A DNA stretch of 64,000 nt from Squalus acanthias (lineage: Eukaryota). The stretch covers positions 18,478,001-18,542,000 of the forward strand of contig CM059433.1 of the NCBI GenBank assembly GCA_030390025.1, given 5' to 3'. Position numbers and translations under genes: made by a program. The notes below the pieces were generated by a model. It did not search any database, had not been told where the DNA came from, and saw only the letters and a list, made by a program, of their open reading frames with translations. Below, in pieces: positions 50,205-63,965 of the stretch. Numbering within the stretch: the first letter of the stretch is position 1; the number at the start of each line of letters is the position of its first letter.

Positions 50205-52630
50205 ATCAACAACTTGTATTTATATAGCGCCTTTAACGTAGTAAAACGTCCCAAGGCGCTTCACAGGAGTATTATAAGACAAAAAATGTCATCCCGAGCC
50301 ACATAAGGAGAAATTAGGGTAGGTGACCAAAAGTTTGGTCAAAGAGGTAGGTTTTAAGGAGCATCTTAAAGGAGGAAAGAGAGGCGGAGAGGTTTAGGCA
50401 GGGAATTCCAGAGCTTAGGACCTAGGCAACAGAAGGCACGGCCACCAATGGTTGAGCGATTATAATCAGGGATGCTCAAGAGGGCAGAATTAGAGGAGCG
50501 CAGATATCTCGGCGGGGGGTTGTGGGGCTGGAGGAGATTAGAGATAGGGAGGGGCGAGGCCATGGAGGGATTTGAAAACAAGGATGAGAATTTTGAAATC
50601 GAGGTGTTACTTAACCAGAGCCAATGTAGGTCAGCGAGCACAGGGGTGATGGGTGAACGGGACTTGGTGCGAGTTAGCACACGGGCAGCCGAGTTTTGGA
50701 TGACCTCAAGTTTACGTAGGGTAGAATGTGGGAGGCCAGCCAGGAGTGCGTTGGAATAGTCAAGTCTAGAGGTAACAAAGGCATGGATGAGGGTTTCAGC
50801 AGCGGATGAGCTGAGGCAAGGGCGGAGATGGGCGATGTAATGGAGGTAGAAATAGACGGTCTTAGTTATGCTGCGGATATGTGGTCGGAAGCTCATTTCA
50901 GCGTCAAATATGACACCAAGGTTGCGAACAGTGTGGTTCAGCCTCAGACAGATGTTAGGGAGAGGGATGGAGTCAGTGGCTAAGGAATGGAGTTTGTGGC
51001 AGGGACCGAAAACAATGGCTTCAGTCTTCCCCATATTTAATTGGAGAAAATTTCTGCTCATCCAGAACTGGATGTCGGACAAGCAGTCTGACAATTTCGA
51101 GACCGTGGAGGGGTCGAGAGAAGTGGTGGTGAGGTAGAGCTGGGTGTCATCAGCGTACATGTGGATACTGACGCTGTGTTTTCGGATGATGTTGCCAAGG
51201 GGCAACATTTAGATGAGAAATAGGAGGGGGCCAAGGATAGATCCTTGGGGGACAGCAGAGGTAGAAACATAGAAGATAGGAGCAGGCCATTCAGCCCCTC
51301 GAGCCTGCTCCGCCATTCAATGAGATCATGGCTGATCATCCAAATTCAGTACCCTGTCCCTGCTTTCTCCCCATATCCCTTTAGCTTTAAGAAATATATC
51401 TAACTCCTTCTTGAATATATTTAATGAATTGGCCTCTACTGCCTTCTGTGGTAGAGAATTCCACAGGTTCACCATTCTCTGGGTGAAGAAATTCCTCCTC
51501 ATCTCATTCCTAAATGGCTTACCCCTTATCCTTAGACTGTGACCCCTGGTTCTGGACTCCCCGGCCATCGGGAACATCCTTCCTGCATCTAGTCTGTCTA
51601 GTCCTGTTAGAATTTTATAAGTTTCAATGAGATCCCTTCTCATTCTTCTAAACTCCAGCGAGTATAAGCCCAATCGACCCAATCTCTCCTCATACGTCAT
51701 TCCTGCCATCCCAGGTATCAGCCCGGTGAATCTTCGCTGCACTCCGCCCATGGCAAGAACATCCTTCCTCAGATAAGGTGACCAAAACTGCACACAATAC
51801 TCAAGATGTGGTCTCACCAAGGCCCTGTACAACTGCAGCAAGACATCCTTGTTCCTGTACTCGAACCCTTTCGCTACGAAGGCCAACATACCATTTGCCT
51901 TCTTAACCGCCTGCTGCACCTGCATGCTTACCTTCAGCGACTGGTGCACAAGGACACCCAGGTCTCGTTGCACTTCCCCTTCTCCCAATCTATTGCCATT
52001 CAGATAATAATCTGCCTTCCTGTTTTTGACACCAAAGTGGATAACCTCGCATTTATCCACATTATATTGCATCTGCCATGCTTCTGCCCAATCACCCAAC
52101 CTGCCCAAATCATACTGGAGTTTCTCGGCATCCTCCTCACGGCACACACTCCCACCCAGCTTTGTGTCATCTGCAAACTTGGAGATTTTACATCCAATTC
52201 CCTCGTCTAGATCATTAATATATATTGTGAATAGCTGGGGTCCTAGGACTGATCCCTGCGGTACCCCACTAGTCACTGCCTGCCACTCGGAAAAAGACCC
52301 ATTTATTCCAACTCTTTGCTTTCTGTCTGCCAACCAGTTCTCTATCCAAGTCAATACCTTGCCCCCAATCCCATGTGCCTTAACTTTACACGCTAATCTC
52401 TTATGCAGGACCTTATCGAAAGCCTTCTGAAAGTCCAAATATACCAATGTGGTAGCGGAAAGAGAAGCCATTGCAGGTGATTCTCTGGCTACGATTAGAT
52501 AGATAAGAATGGAACCAGGCCAGTGCAGTCCCACCCAGCTGGACGACGGTGGAGAAGCATTGGAGAGGGATAGAGTGGTCAACCGTGTCAAAGGCTGCAG
52601 ACAAGTCAAGAAGGACAAGGAGGGCTAGTT
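50205..52630 (-). mobile_element. L2 LINE 3' fragment (50205-51261 and 52447-52630) split by a CR1 insertion
   Basis: MSAAFDTVDH, HMYADDTQLY, KTEAIVFG, SRLDYSNALL and QNSAARVL motifs; tail AAGGCGCTATATAAATACAAGTTGTTG on the - strand. Confidence 0.9.
51262..52446 (-). mobile_element. 5'-truncated CR1 (RT C-terminal half, open frame) nested in L2
   Basis: VYLDFQKAFDKV...GVPQGSVLGP...FADD...LEYCVQFWSP, closely related to the 10.4-14 kb CR1; (TCTATGTT)n tail. Confidence 0.93.
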
Positions 52631-52939
52631 TACCTAACTGAACTAATCATCCCTGAACTGTGCTGACTTAACTGATTTTACCCAGGGCTGTGGTAAGAGA
52701 GCATTAATTGGCTTTTGCCCCTCCCCTTGAGCCATTCAGGGAGTGGAAAGTACGTCATGGTTGACACTTCAGATCACTAGCCACTGACTAATGATGGAAG
52801 TGCATGTGTGCGATGTTGGGGTGAGGACAGATGAGACTCAGCTGTGATGCCCCCACAATCAAAGTCAGCTGACAATCACCGTCACAATTAATAAGTGAAT
52901 AATGGCCATTGTGCTGCAACAGAACCATACACCAGAAAG

Positions 52940-53185
52940 TACGGTCGAGGGGGTCGTGCGGCCCGATTGTCTGCCTCTCTTCTGCGGCCATATTCACGTC
53001 CGGGTGGCCCTGGAGATGGAGCACGCGGTGTCCGCCGGCACGCTTGAGGCCTTCTGCGACCGGTGGGCGCCGCGGGGACTGGAGTGCATCAGCACCCCGG
53101 CCAACATAATTTTAATTTAATTTGTTAAGTTTTATTTAAAGTTTTATTAAGTTACAGACAATTTGTTTAAACACCCAATCAAAAG
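52940..53185 (+). mobile_element. Tx1-type LINE 3' end
   Basis: VEGVVRPDCLPLFCGHIHVRVALEMEHAVSAGTLEAFCDRWAPRGLECISTPANIILI*; homologous to 37200-37430. Confidence 0.7.
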
Positions 53186-54568
53186 AGTACACCGGAAAGT
53201 CGTAAACCCCTTCAGCATGGTAGGGAGAAAATTGGCATGATAATTAAAATCCACAGGAAAAGGAGTCCTGAGTTATAACTGAGTGCTATTTACAGCTTGC
53301 AATAAAGTTTAAACAAGGAGTAGTGGTTGAAGACAGGTTATTATCAGAGCTGGAGAATAAATGCTCCCTGCCGGGGATCAGACAGTAAATTTTCAGAAGT
53401 TTATACTGGCTCAGTCAAAACTTCTAATGAATTTCATATCAGGACAGAGCCATCAGTATTCAATTATCTGCTCTACACTCACTATACATAAAACAAAGAA
53501 CACACACACGGTTCTCTTGATCCAAGTGGAAAAGGTAAGTCACTACTTCTGACTAAACCACCCCAAATCATCATGATACAACCCATTTGACAAGTTACAA
53601 TCACCTGATGCTTCAACAAAGTAATACGCCTGGGTACTGCGTACAGGTACATGCGCAGAAGCCTACTTCTGACAGGATCCAGATCTACCTGAATTAACAA
53701 GGCTTGCAAGTGCAACCAATGGAAGGGAAGTCAATTGGAATTCATGTTTGCAAATTCTCTCAGTGTACGTGAGTCCTGGAAATGCCCAGAAGAAATGGAA
53801 CAGGGAACTAATCTCTTCACAATCCCTGTACTCGTAGAACGCCTGCATTACTATTTCATAGACTAGCAGGTACATCGGTGTGTCATCTGAAGGACATAGT
53901 TCTTCAGATGTTTGGCCTCAGTCATGTCCCTATGCTTGCCTCATAAGGCTGAAACGTACTGGGCCTCATGAATCATAAAATAGGTGGAAAATAATAGTTA
54001 TAAAATAACATTACAGCCGCACAAGTGAAGCAACAATTTATGTCTCACTTACACAACCTCCGCTTACCTTGCAATGCAATATTCTCCAAAATTTAGGGTG
54101 CCACTACAGCCGAGCCTGTGAACGTCACTTCGCCCAGCTGCATAGTAAACTAATTACTGGATTTCACATAAGGTCAGTCTAGAAGGCTAAACATACCACA
54201 ACAACAGATCACTTTGTACAGGCTAAAACTACTGATCAGATTTATTTACAAATGAATGATTCACAGAAATTAGGACATAGACAAAGTACTGTATAGCACA
54301 ATTGGCCATTTACAGTACATACAACTGGGATAACTGTTTAAAATAGTTCATTGTTCTCTCAGCATCTTCTGGCAAACTCTTGAAATGACAGGCTCTTGTT
54401 GTTATACTTCAGCAGCTGCTTACAGAGTTTGATACATCCCGAATGTGTCTTGGTTAATGCCAGACCTGCCAAGTACTGAAAGGTTCCTTTGCTTTATATG
54501 TTTGACTTGTATGATGTAAAATGAAATTCTTTGAAGACTGTAAAGCAAACCGAATCTTAACAGTCTAA

Positions 54569-55225
54569 CGTTGTAGTAATCAATTGGGGTCGATTGCCTG
54601 CAGTTTTTACACCTGTGAACCAGGCTGTTGTAACATATGACAACAATTGAAAATTACATTTCAGTCTCCCGTTGTACTAGGGTGGATGCACATCGTAAGA
54701 AAGGGTTAATCTGATCGAAAGCTTGGCGATAGCATTTATAAGTAACTAACATAGTTAGCAGCTATTGTGTAGAGAACAGCAAAGTCAGCAAACTGTATCC
54801 TTTTATTGAAGCTGGAACAAAGCTCAGTTACAACGCTAGGAAGACAGGACATGATCAGGAATCTGATTGGCGCAGGCATATAGTGCGGTCAGAGCAGGAA
54901 CATTAAGGAAAACAAGGGAAGTAAGTGTGATGCGCGCTGATTGGATTAGGCTGTGTGTAGTTCAGTTTTCTGGTGTGTAAAGGACGAGCATTCAGGCTGT
55001 TCAGTGTAGAAGGATTTCGAGGCGAGAGGCAAAGCATTGAAGAGGAAGGGGACGGACCTATCGCGTAACATCAAGAGGCACACTTCTATCCAGGACTAAG
55101 CGGGTGATATACTTTCTGCTTGGTTCTGTAAACTATGCCTCATGTACTGTAATGTGTTAAGTTTTACGAGTCTTAAATAAAGTATCATTGTATCCAATTG
55201 GAGTTGAGTCGAATTCCCTACAACA
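54569..55225 (+). mobile_element. Possible solo LTR
   Basis: Short terminal inverted repeat (C/T)GTTGTAG...CTACAACA; AATAAA at 55176 about 45 nt from the end; no clean TSD. Confidence 0.4.
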
Positions 55226-55469
55226 TACAAGATTTCTGTATGTCATTAAACTGTAAACTCCCTGTAAACAAATGATTGGCTATGACAGGATACACATTTT
55301 CAGACTGTTGAGGACAATTTTTACCTTTGGCAGAGAGTTAACTAATTATGCTAATTTAGGTTGGAGTATTTGGGCCCCTGTTAAATATTAAAAAACTGGT
55401 GGTGGGGGTTTTCTTTACACAAAATAGCACAAAATTTTCCAGTTAGTGAAATTCCTCATGTTAAAAGAA

Positions 55470-55862
55470 AAAACTTACATGCATATAGCGGCTCATCATG
55501 CCCTCAGGTTATCCCAAAGCACTTTACAACTAACCATCTACTCTTGAAGTGTAGACAGATGTCACAGCCAATTTGTGCAGAGCAAGGTTCCAACAAACAG
55601 TTAAGACCAGCTAACCTGTTTCTTACTGGTGTTGCTTGAGGGAGGATTGTTGACCAGGACACCAGGCGAACTCTCTGCTTTTCTTTGAATTATGCCTTGG
55701 GATCTTTTACATCCACTTGAACCTCCGGAACAGGCAGAAAAAGGGCCTCTGTTTAGCATTTCATCTGAACGATGGCACTCCTGACAAAGCAGCACTTCTT
55801 CAGTACTGCACTGAACTGTTAGCCTCGATTACGTGCTCAAGTCCTGGCGTGGGCCTTGAATG
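55470..55862 (-). mobile_element. DeuSINE-type SINE
   Basis: Similar to 1-310 and 27585-27990. Confidence 0.7.
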
Positions 55863-56317
55863 ACTAAGGTATCAATAGACCTACAGTTGAGACGTCATTC
55901 ATTCTTAATATGGAGAGATGAACATAATGGGGGATGGAGTTAAAAGTTACTTTCAAAAATATTAAAATAAAGGAATTAACAACCAGCAAGTAAGCCATAA
56001 CTTCAAATGTTTCAGTGCCAGCATATTTTTGTATATGTCGTTATTGTCCTAAAAATACTAAGGATTACAACATCACCTGCATTTTATATCCATCTGCTTT
56101 ATATTACTATGATATCAGAGACTGGTGTCAGCTTGTCTGTCCTTTGAAGATTCAAACACCAGAATGGAGATCGTTTGCACTTTGTTCTCGAGAGCTCAAC
56201 ACAGAAAGTTCATGGTTTCATTTAACTTTCCGATTTGCAAATAACGAAGAAGAAAATGTAGGTATCTTTAACCTGATTATTTTTAAAAATTTCTATTTTG
56301 TGTCTTATTTAGAGAAA

Positions 56318-56575
56318 GAAAGAACTTGCATTTATATAGTGCCTTTTACAACCTCAGGGTGTCCCAAAGCGCTTTACAGCACTTTTGAGGTACAGTCACT
56401 GTTGTAATGTAGGAAACACAGCAGCCAATTTGTGCACAGCAAGGTCCCACATACAGCAATGAGATAAATGACCAGATAATATGTTTTAGTGATGTTGGTT
56501 GAGGGATAAATATTGGCCAGGACATGGGGGAGAATTCCCTTTCTCTTCTTTGAAATAGTGCCATGAGATCTTTTA
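56318..56575 (-). mobile_element. DeuSINE-type SINE, 3' half
   Basis: ACTTGCATTTATATAGTGCCTTTTACAACCTCAGGGTGTCCCAAAGCGCTTTACA tail plus Deu-like body. Confidence 0.75.
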
Positions 56576-57439
56576 CAATTTTACAGAAAGGAAGTATTTT
56601 CAGGTCAACAACTGGGCAGAAGTGAGGCAGGAGTGCCCTGGAAAAAGGTGGGGTATGACTTACTGCCCCGATCCCACCGACAGCCTACCTCTGGGCGGCC
56701 AGAGTGTCCACCTGATTCAGGTGGTAGGCCCCATTAATATGCAAATTGTGGCCCTGTGAAGGACATAGGATCCCGATTGTCCAGTTTCAGCTGGCAGTCC
56801 TGCTGAAGAGGAGCCCAGGGGGAATGTCCTCCAGGCTACACAAAAACAACCTGGGCCTCTGCCGCACCAGGTCCCTCCCCTCCCAAGAACTGACCACCCG
56901 CCTCCGCCATGTACCTGTCCTTTTCCAGGACAGGAGGACAACAAGGCCACCCGATATTGCAGCAGCTCAGAGCTGGCCGGCTGCCCCGGGGCACTCATTT
57001 TCCGCCGGTAACCCACCGGCTCTATGTTAATGAGCCCGGCCCTCAAAATGGACGGGGACAGGGCCCGGGCCTCCTGTCGGCACTGCCGGGAGGCTGCCCG
57101 AAAACCGCACGGAGGAATAATGTACCGCAAAATTTCTTTACTTTTATTTTACTGATGATGGAGCAAATGGCTGCAATAAAACTTTGTTTACTGCAAGAAG
57201 TGGTGGCGCAAGGGAACTTTTTGGAACACGAGGTAAAATAGTCTCACCTGCAGTTTCTGATGCTGGAGCAACTTTATTCAACTTAAGACAGAAAAGAGCT
57301 GTGATCAATTGTGATATGCGCGTTACCCTCGCTTATAACTGTAGCATTGCCAGTCACTCTTTTTTCTCCATCTCAGAGCAGTCACAACACTTTCCAGAAC
57401 AATTCAAAACAACGAATGGTGTCTGAAGAGACCTTACGT

Positions 57440-57935
57440 TAAAGGGATTGTTCTCCTTAGAGCAGAGAAGGATAAGGGGCGATTTAATAGAAATGTTCAA
57501 AATTTTGAAGGGTTTTGATAGAGTAACTGAGGAGAAACTGTTTTCACTGGCTGAAGGGTCGATAGCAGGGACAGGGTACTGAATTTGGATGATCAGCCAT
57601 GATCGCATTGAATGGCGGAGCAGGCTAGAGGGGCCGAATGGCCTACTCCTGCTCCTATCTTCTATGATTCTATGATTCTATGATAAGGCACAGATTTAAA
57701 GTAATTGGCAAAAGAACCAGGGGGGAAAGATAAGATTATTTTTACGGATCTAGTTGTTATGATCTGGAATGCACTGCCTGAAAGGGTGGTGGAAGCGGAT
57801 TCAATAGTAACTTTCAAAAGGTAATTGGAAAAATTTGCTGGGCAATGGGGAAAGAGCAGGGGAATGGGTCTAATGGGCTAGCTCTTTCAAAGGCATGATG
57901 GGCCGAATGGCCTCCTGCGCTGTATGATTCTATGT
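57440..57935 (+). mobile_element. CR1 3' fragment with a second short CR1 tail nested inside (about 57565-57683)
   Basis: LFSLEQRRIRGDLIEMFKILKG; inner GATCAGCCATGATCGCATTGAATGGCGGAGC...(TTCTATGA)n. Confidence 0.8.
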
Positions 57936-58756
57936 GGAACTGATCTATTCGGTCTAGGAAGATCCCAGGCTTGACTCGTGCCAGTGGTAGCCTCTACCAC
58001 AGCCCAGCTGAGTGCTCCCACTCCTGATTGCAATCCTGTAATCCCTGCTGCAAAGCACATGTCGGGGGATGCTGAGTGCAGACAAGGCTGTGATTTCCCC
58101 TGCGGTCAAATACGCTGCCGACACATCGCTGTCTCAGCTAATATGAAGAGTGGTGCTGCAGCACGAGTCAGCACTTTGAGGAGAAAAGGGACAGAAACCT
58201 GCCAGCCACTGCACTCTGGGCCGAACAATTCCATTCAGCAGAACCTGGGCCAGTTATCATGGACCAGCTTTGAACGAATTTATTGCGAAGCAAATTTAAG
58301 TTTGGATATGGGTGAGTTGCTCCAAATTTTCAGCTGCATATAATGACACCGCTATTCCCGGCCAGAATGAAGATGATTTGGGAAATTCTGCTGCCAATCA
58401 CTCCTGGAGAACGACTCACGAGTTCTGTATTGGCAAAACCAAGATATCGTCCATAAAGTCAGCTCTGGTGACCAGACAGATGCTTATGTAAACCGTAAAA
58501 GTCACAGCTCAAGATCCTGGCAAATATCCCAAACCACTATTTCTGGCCAGAATGGAGATGATTGTGCAATTCTCCCGTCAGTCATGTCTCGAGATTGCAC
58601 TGCTGTAAGTGACTGGGATTGATGTTATGCACATTATTTGTATTTTGTAACTATCCTCCACTCACTGCATTTTGCTGGATAAATCACCCTGCTTTTATCG
58701 GGAGAAGTTGCTGAGTTCTGTTTGCTGCAGTTCGTAGAGACTCATTTTAAATAGAC

Positions 58757-60770
58757 TCATAGAACAGTACAGCACACAAGGAGGCCTTTTGGCCCATTGA
58801 GTCTGTGCTGGCTCTTTCGAAGAGCAATCCAGTTAGTCCCACTCCCCCGCTCTTTCCCCATATCCCTGCAATTTTTCTCCTTCAAGTATTTTTCCAATTC
58901 CCTTTTGAAGGCTACTATTGAATCTGTTTCCACCATCCTATAAGGCAGTGCATTCCAAATCCTAAACACTCGTTGCATAAAAAAGTTTTTCCTCATGTTG
59001 CCTCTGGTTCTTTTGCCAATCACCTTAAATTTGTGCCCTCTTGTTATCGAACCTTCAGCCATTGGAAAGAGTTTCTCTTTAATTACTTTATCTAAATCCT
59101 TCATGATTTTAAACACTTCTATCAAATCTCCTCTTAGCCTTAAAAGCTCCAAGGAGAACAATCCCAGCTTCTCTAGTCCATCCACCTAACTGTATTCCCT
59201 CATCCCTGGAACCATTCTAGTAAATCTCTTCTGTACCCTCTCCAAAGCCTTCACTTCCTTCCTAAAGTGTGGTGCCCAGAATTGGACACAATACTCCAGC
59301 TGGGGCCGAACTAGTGTTTTATGTAGGTTTAGCGTAACTTCCTGGCTTTTGTACACTGTGGGCTGGATTTTCCCAGCTCTGAGGAGGTGGGTTTAGAGGC
59401 GGGACTGCTGGGAAAATGGGAAAAATTGGGAGCGGGTCCCAACCCGCCTCCGAACCAGCTTCCCGGGAGGCAGGAAGGGGATTAGAGCCAATTAACTGTA
59501 GTTAACAGGCAGTTAAGAGGCTTTTCCCCCCATTTTCAACCTGCTGATGCGGCCTTCCTGATGTCGGGAAACCCCGCCAGGGTCAGTGAGGCGAGCTGTG
59601 GGTCTGCTGCAGTGTAAGTGTGCAAATGACAGCTGCAGAGGTAGTGTGATGGGTGCAATGGTGCATAGGTAAGTATGTCAGGTGAGAGAATGTAGTGAGA
59701 AATATTTTTATTCTGTTTATATGTATCTGCAGGTGACAAGATTTGATGTTTCTGTGAAGCCTCATCTGATCGGGAGAATTGACAGATGGCTTCTGCAATC
59801 TCACATGCAGCTGCCATCTGTTTTCTCCTAAGGAGAGAGTCATTGGTGAGCCTGGGTACAAGGGCTCACCTTTGGACAGTGATTGTCAGTGTTTAACAGC
59901 ACCTCAATGCTGTCAAACACTGACAATTCATCTGTCAAAAAATGATGGGGCCTGTCACTTTAACAAAACCGGCAGATGAAGCGTCATGCACTGATGTCAT
60001 CTGACACCGGCTTTCTCTCAATTGGCCAGCAAGCCCGCAGGGCGAGCTTAACAAGGCCAATCAGGGGAAAATAGCGTCAGGTCGCCAGACGTTGCTGGGG
60101 GCGGGACTAGAACACGGAAACCAGCAGTCCCACCCCCAACGCGCCTCCTCAGGTAAGATCCCGGCCTGTGCCTCTATTTATAAAGCCCAGGATCCCATAT
60201 GCTTTATTAACTGCTATGTTAACCTATTAATATGTTTTCTTGAAGTCTATTACTATCTTTCTCACTGTTTACTACATTTCCAGGTTTCGTGTCATCTGCA
60301 AATTTCAAAATTGTACCTTGTACTCACAAATCCAAGTCATTAATGTATATCAAAAACAGCGGTGGTCCTAGTACTGAACCTTGGAGAACACCACTGTACA
60401 CCTCCCTCCAGTCCTAAAAACAGCCATTTACCATAACTCTTCGTTTTCTATCGCTCAGCTAATTTTGTATCCATGCTGCTACTGCCCCTTTTATCCCATG
60501 GGCTTCAATTTTGCTAACAAGCCTAATATGTGGTACTTTATCAAATGCCTTTTGAAAGTCCAGATACACAACATCAACTGCACTGCCCTCATCAAAAAAC
60601 TCAATCAAGTTAGTCAAACACGATTTTCCCTTAACAATTCTGTACGGGCTCTCCTTTATTAGTCCATGCTTGTCCAAGTGCTTGTTAGTTTTCTCCCAGA
60701 TTATTGTTTCTAAAAGTTCCCCCACCACCGACGTTAAACTGACTGGCCTATAAATGCTAGGTTTATCCAC
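58757..60770 (-). mobile_element. CR1 fragment with internal deletions, interrupted by a Harbinger-like element
   Basis: YRPVSLTSVVG, KSCLTNLIEFF, YLDFQKAFDKVPH (60459-60770) and C-terminal LRGDLIEVFKIMK (58757-59185). Confidence 0.85.
59360..60166. mobile_element. Non-autonomous PIF/Harbinger-like element with 3-bp TSD
   Basis: Ends GGGCTGGATTTTCC / GGTAAGATCCCGGCC; TGT duplicated at 59357-59359 and 60167-60169; host CR1 is continuous across the insertion. Confidence 0.72.
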
Positions 60771-61879
60771 TCTTAAATATATGAAGGAATATTTTTTAAA
60801 GCAACATTTTTTTTTGAATTACAGTTTAAAGCGCTGCCCGATTGTGCTGGTTCATGACAGATTTTGTTTGGCGATATGCAAATGAGTTTGAGCGGAAACC
60901 CAGGAAAAAAAACACTTTCCAAAACAGATGCAATTTTGGGTGCAATTTGCGCCGAAATCACCAATTGCGCCCAAAGCGGAAACTCTATCCCGAAATCTTT
61001 AAAATCTTCTTGTCAAGGATGAAGAAGTGAAGTTCACGGGGCCTCTATGTACAAACATGTAGAGCAGAATTTCTACTGCAACAATTTGACTTTTAGACAA
61101 ACATTACACACGGACTGCAGCGGTTCAAGAAGGCGGCTCACCACCACCTTCTCAAGGGCAATTGGAGATGGGCAATAAATGCTGGCCATGCCAGTGATGT
61201 CCACATCCCATAAAACGAGTAAATATTTAAAAAGAAAACCACAGCTTAGAACCCCTTCCCACCATCCTGGGCCCAGCACCAACCTGGTCCTGTGGCCTCC
61301 TTGTTCGTGCTCCCCGCACAACTGGAAGCCAGCCTGTCAATCAGGCTGACTTCCGGGCGGGGGAACCCGCCCTCTACGTCACACGCACAGTTAAAACTCC
61401 ACAGTGTGCCGGGAAACCCGGACTTCCAGGTTTCCCACCGTCTCCCGGGTCCCCCACTCCGTGCAGGTGGGAAACGGGAAAATCCAACCCATTACATTTT
61501 TACTGTAATAGGAAATCAACAGCTGTTGTGTTATTGGGATTTTCATTATTTAAAATAGCTGATACACAAAAGTTGAATTGAGTAAAACGTTTGTTTATTG
61601 ACATCCAATCCAATCTGAATAAATTAAGTACTAAAGACATAAATAATGGTAGAATCTTCTTCAATCTATATTATTCCTGATCTGTCTCTAATATTATGAG
61701 GACTAGGTCACCAAACAGATGGATAATCCCATCGTGCACTGGAATAGCATCTCAGTACTTGATATTTCATTAAGCAAAACATGACTGCTAATAAAGGATT
61801 TTAAGCCAGAAAATCCTAGAGGTGAGCATTTCATCAATTCCTTTTCCTTAATGCTTCATTTATTTCTGCAGCTACCATT

Positions 61880-62042
61880 CTAAGACTGAAGGGAATTAGA
61901 TATGTACTTGAAAAGGAAAGGTTTGCCGGGCTATGGGAAAGAAGCAGGTGAGTGGGACTAATTGGATAGCTCATTCAAAGAGGAGCACAGACATGATGGG
62001 CGGAATGGCCTCCTACTGTGCTGTAAGATTCTACGATTCTAA
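61880..62042 (+). mobile_element. CR1 3' tail
   Basis: GAAGGGAATTAGATATGTACTTG...GAATGGCCTCCTACTGTGCTGTAAGATTCTACGATTCT. Confidence 0.7.
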
Positions 62043-63289
62043 GTACAGGTTCCAGCCAAACAGTACCCTTTAACACTGCTTGGCTGGAACTGAAATTCTC
62101 GTGCCCTGAGAAGAGATCAGCACAAGAATGCTTACACATATGCTCAAAACTCCTCTCTCCGGAGTTAGAATTTAAAGAGCCAGCTTTCCTGCACTTTTTG
62201 CCTAGGGACTGAGTGTTCCCTGGAGACAAGGGTTGGGAATAAGGGGTGGAGATCAGCACAGCCCAGTCTCTGGCCCTTCCACGTTGCTCCAGGATTCCCA
62301 AAGCTTTGCTGCAGGAATTGGGTCGGCACTGTACCTGTAGAAGGCACAGATGGTACCTTGTAAATGAGGTGGGAGGGGGCATTCCTGGCTTCCTACCTCT
62401 TTTTCTGTCCTTTACGCTTGCTCAAGCACAGAGACGCACAGAAAAAGTTTGACGTGGCCTGCCGCTGAACTCCTGCTGACTGGTGTGTGGACAGGCGTCC
62501 AAGGGGCAGACTGAAGATATCAAGCTCGGCCTCATTTATTTTTTGACCTACCCACCCCCCACCCCAGAAGTTCAAAGTTCTGCCTGCCTATTTCATAGGA
62601 AGGCAGCAGGTCCCAATTACCCAGGCCTGGGAGGCCTGCAGCTGTCTCTGATCTTCTGAGCCCTACGTTAGGCTCTGGCAGAGGATACGCCTGCGTTTGG
62701 GGCTACCCTGCCGGGCCAGGTAGGAGTGATCCTGGCAATGGACAGGCGCAGCACATTTTGGGTGTGCTGCTCCTGTTTAGCGCCTGGGCACAGCCTGGGA
62801 ATATCAGACCTTAAATGTTTTCAGAGAACATGTGGGAGCATTTGCACTCTCTACATTAATTGCAGATAGGTTTAAAAATCTCACAAGAGATCCACATGAA
62901 CCTCCCGGGAACTGTTTACACCCAGTTTGACACTGCACTGACATTTGGTGTCAAACCCAAGCAGTACGAGTCAACATGCCCTGGGAGGGTCTCACACACT
63001 CCTCTCTGGAGTCAGGTTCGATCCTGACTCGGAATTTTTGCTGCCACTTTCGTGTCACTTCAAAATAGAAACCACTTCACAGTGATGCTAAAGTTTGAAG
63101 ACCATAATTCAATGATATTTTCAGCAGAATACAGTTCCTTTAAACATTGATCTAATTTGCAGAAAGCAGATGTTAGACTGGACGGATGTTGATCACAGTT
63201 CCTGCCACTAGGTGGTGCAGTGGGCATGTTTCTGTTATTGATTCCAAAAGTCACCTCAATTTTAGGGTGCATTTACACTGCAAGATAAT

Positions 63290-63965
63290 TACAGATAAGG
63301 AAGGCCAGTCAGCCCATTTTAATTCATTCATGTAGAGAGATCCCAACTCCCCTCATTGTAGCATCCAATTGTTTCTTACATGATTGCAGAGTTTTTGTTT
63401 CTGCTGCTCTATCTGGAAGTCTGTTCCACATATTGATCGCTCTTAAGAAGAATCTCCTGATATCCATCTTAGATTCAAACTTAATAGAAGGTAAATTTAT
63501 GTCCCCTAGTTCTACTCCCACAGCTTCACTTGAAGTAATATTCAGGGTTAAAGTTTTCTCTACATTTAACAATCTTAAAATAGGCTCCTGTGAAGCACCT
63601 TGGGACGTTTTACAATGTTAAAGGTGCTATATAAATGCAAGTTGTTGTTGTTATATACCTCTTTCAGATCACCTCTCAATATACCTCCTTTCAAGGCTAA
63701 AACACCCGCGTGTCTCCAGTCTTTCCTCATAACTCAGGCCCCTGACATTGGGAATCAGCTTGATGGCTCTTCTCTGCTTGAACGTCTCTCGTTTCTTGGT
63801 GACCAGAACCAGATACAATATGCTCAGTGCGGTCTAACCAGAAAACTATAAGGTTTGATCACTATCTTTTCTGATTTATATACTATATTGTTGCCCCGTT
63901 TGCATATGCTTAGCGTTGACTCTACTAAGACTCCTAGGTCTCTTTCAGATCGTCAATGCCTCACA
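63290..63965 (-). mobile_element. Degenerate CR1 fragment with a short L2 tail inserted (about 63584-63652, + strand)
   Basis: Minus strand DIRRFFLRAINMWNRLPDRA; + strand GCTCCTGTGAAGCACCTTGGGACG...GCTATATAAATGCAAGTTGTTG. Confidence 0.6.

Noticed and set aside
51326..52618. 430-aa ORF as a novel fusion protein
   Set aside because: Chance read-through from an off-frame L2 segment into a nested 5'-truncated CR1 ORF2
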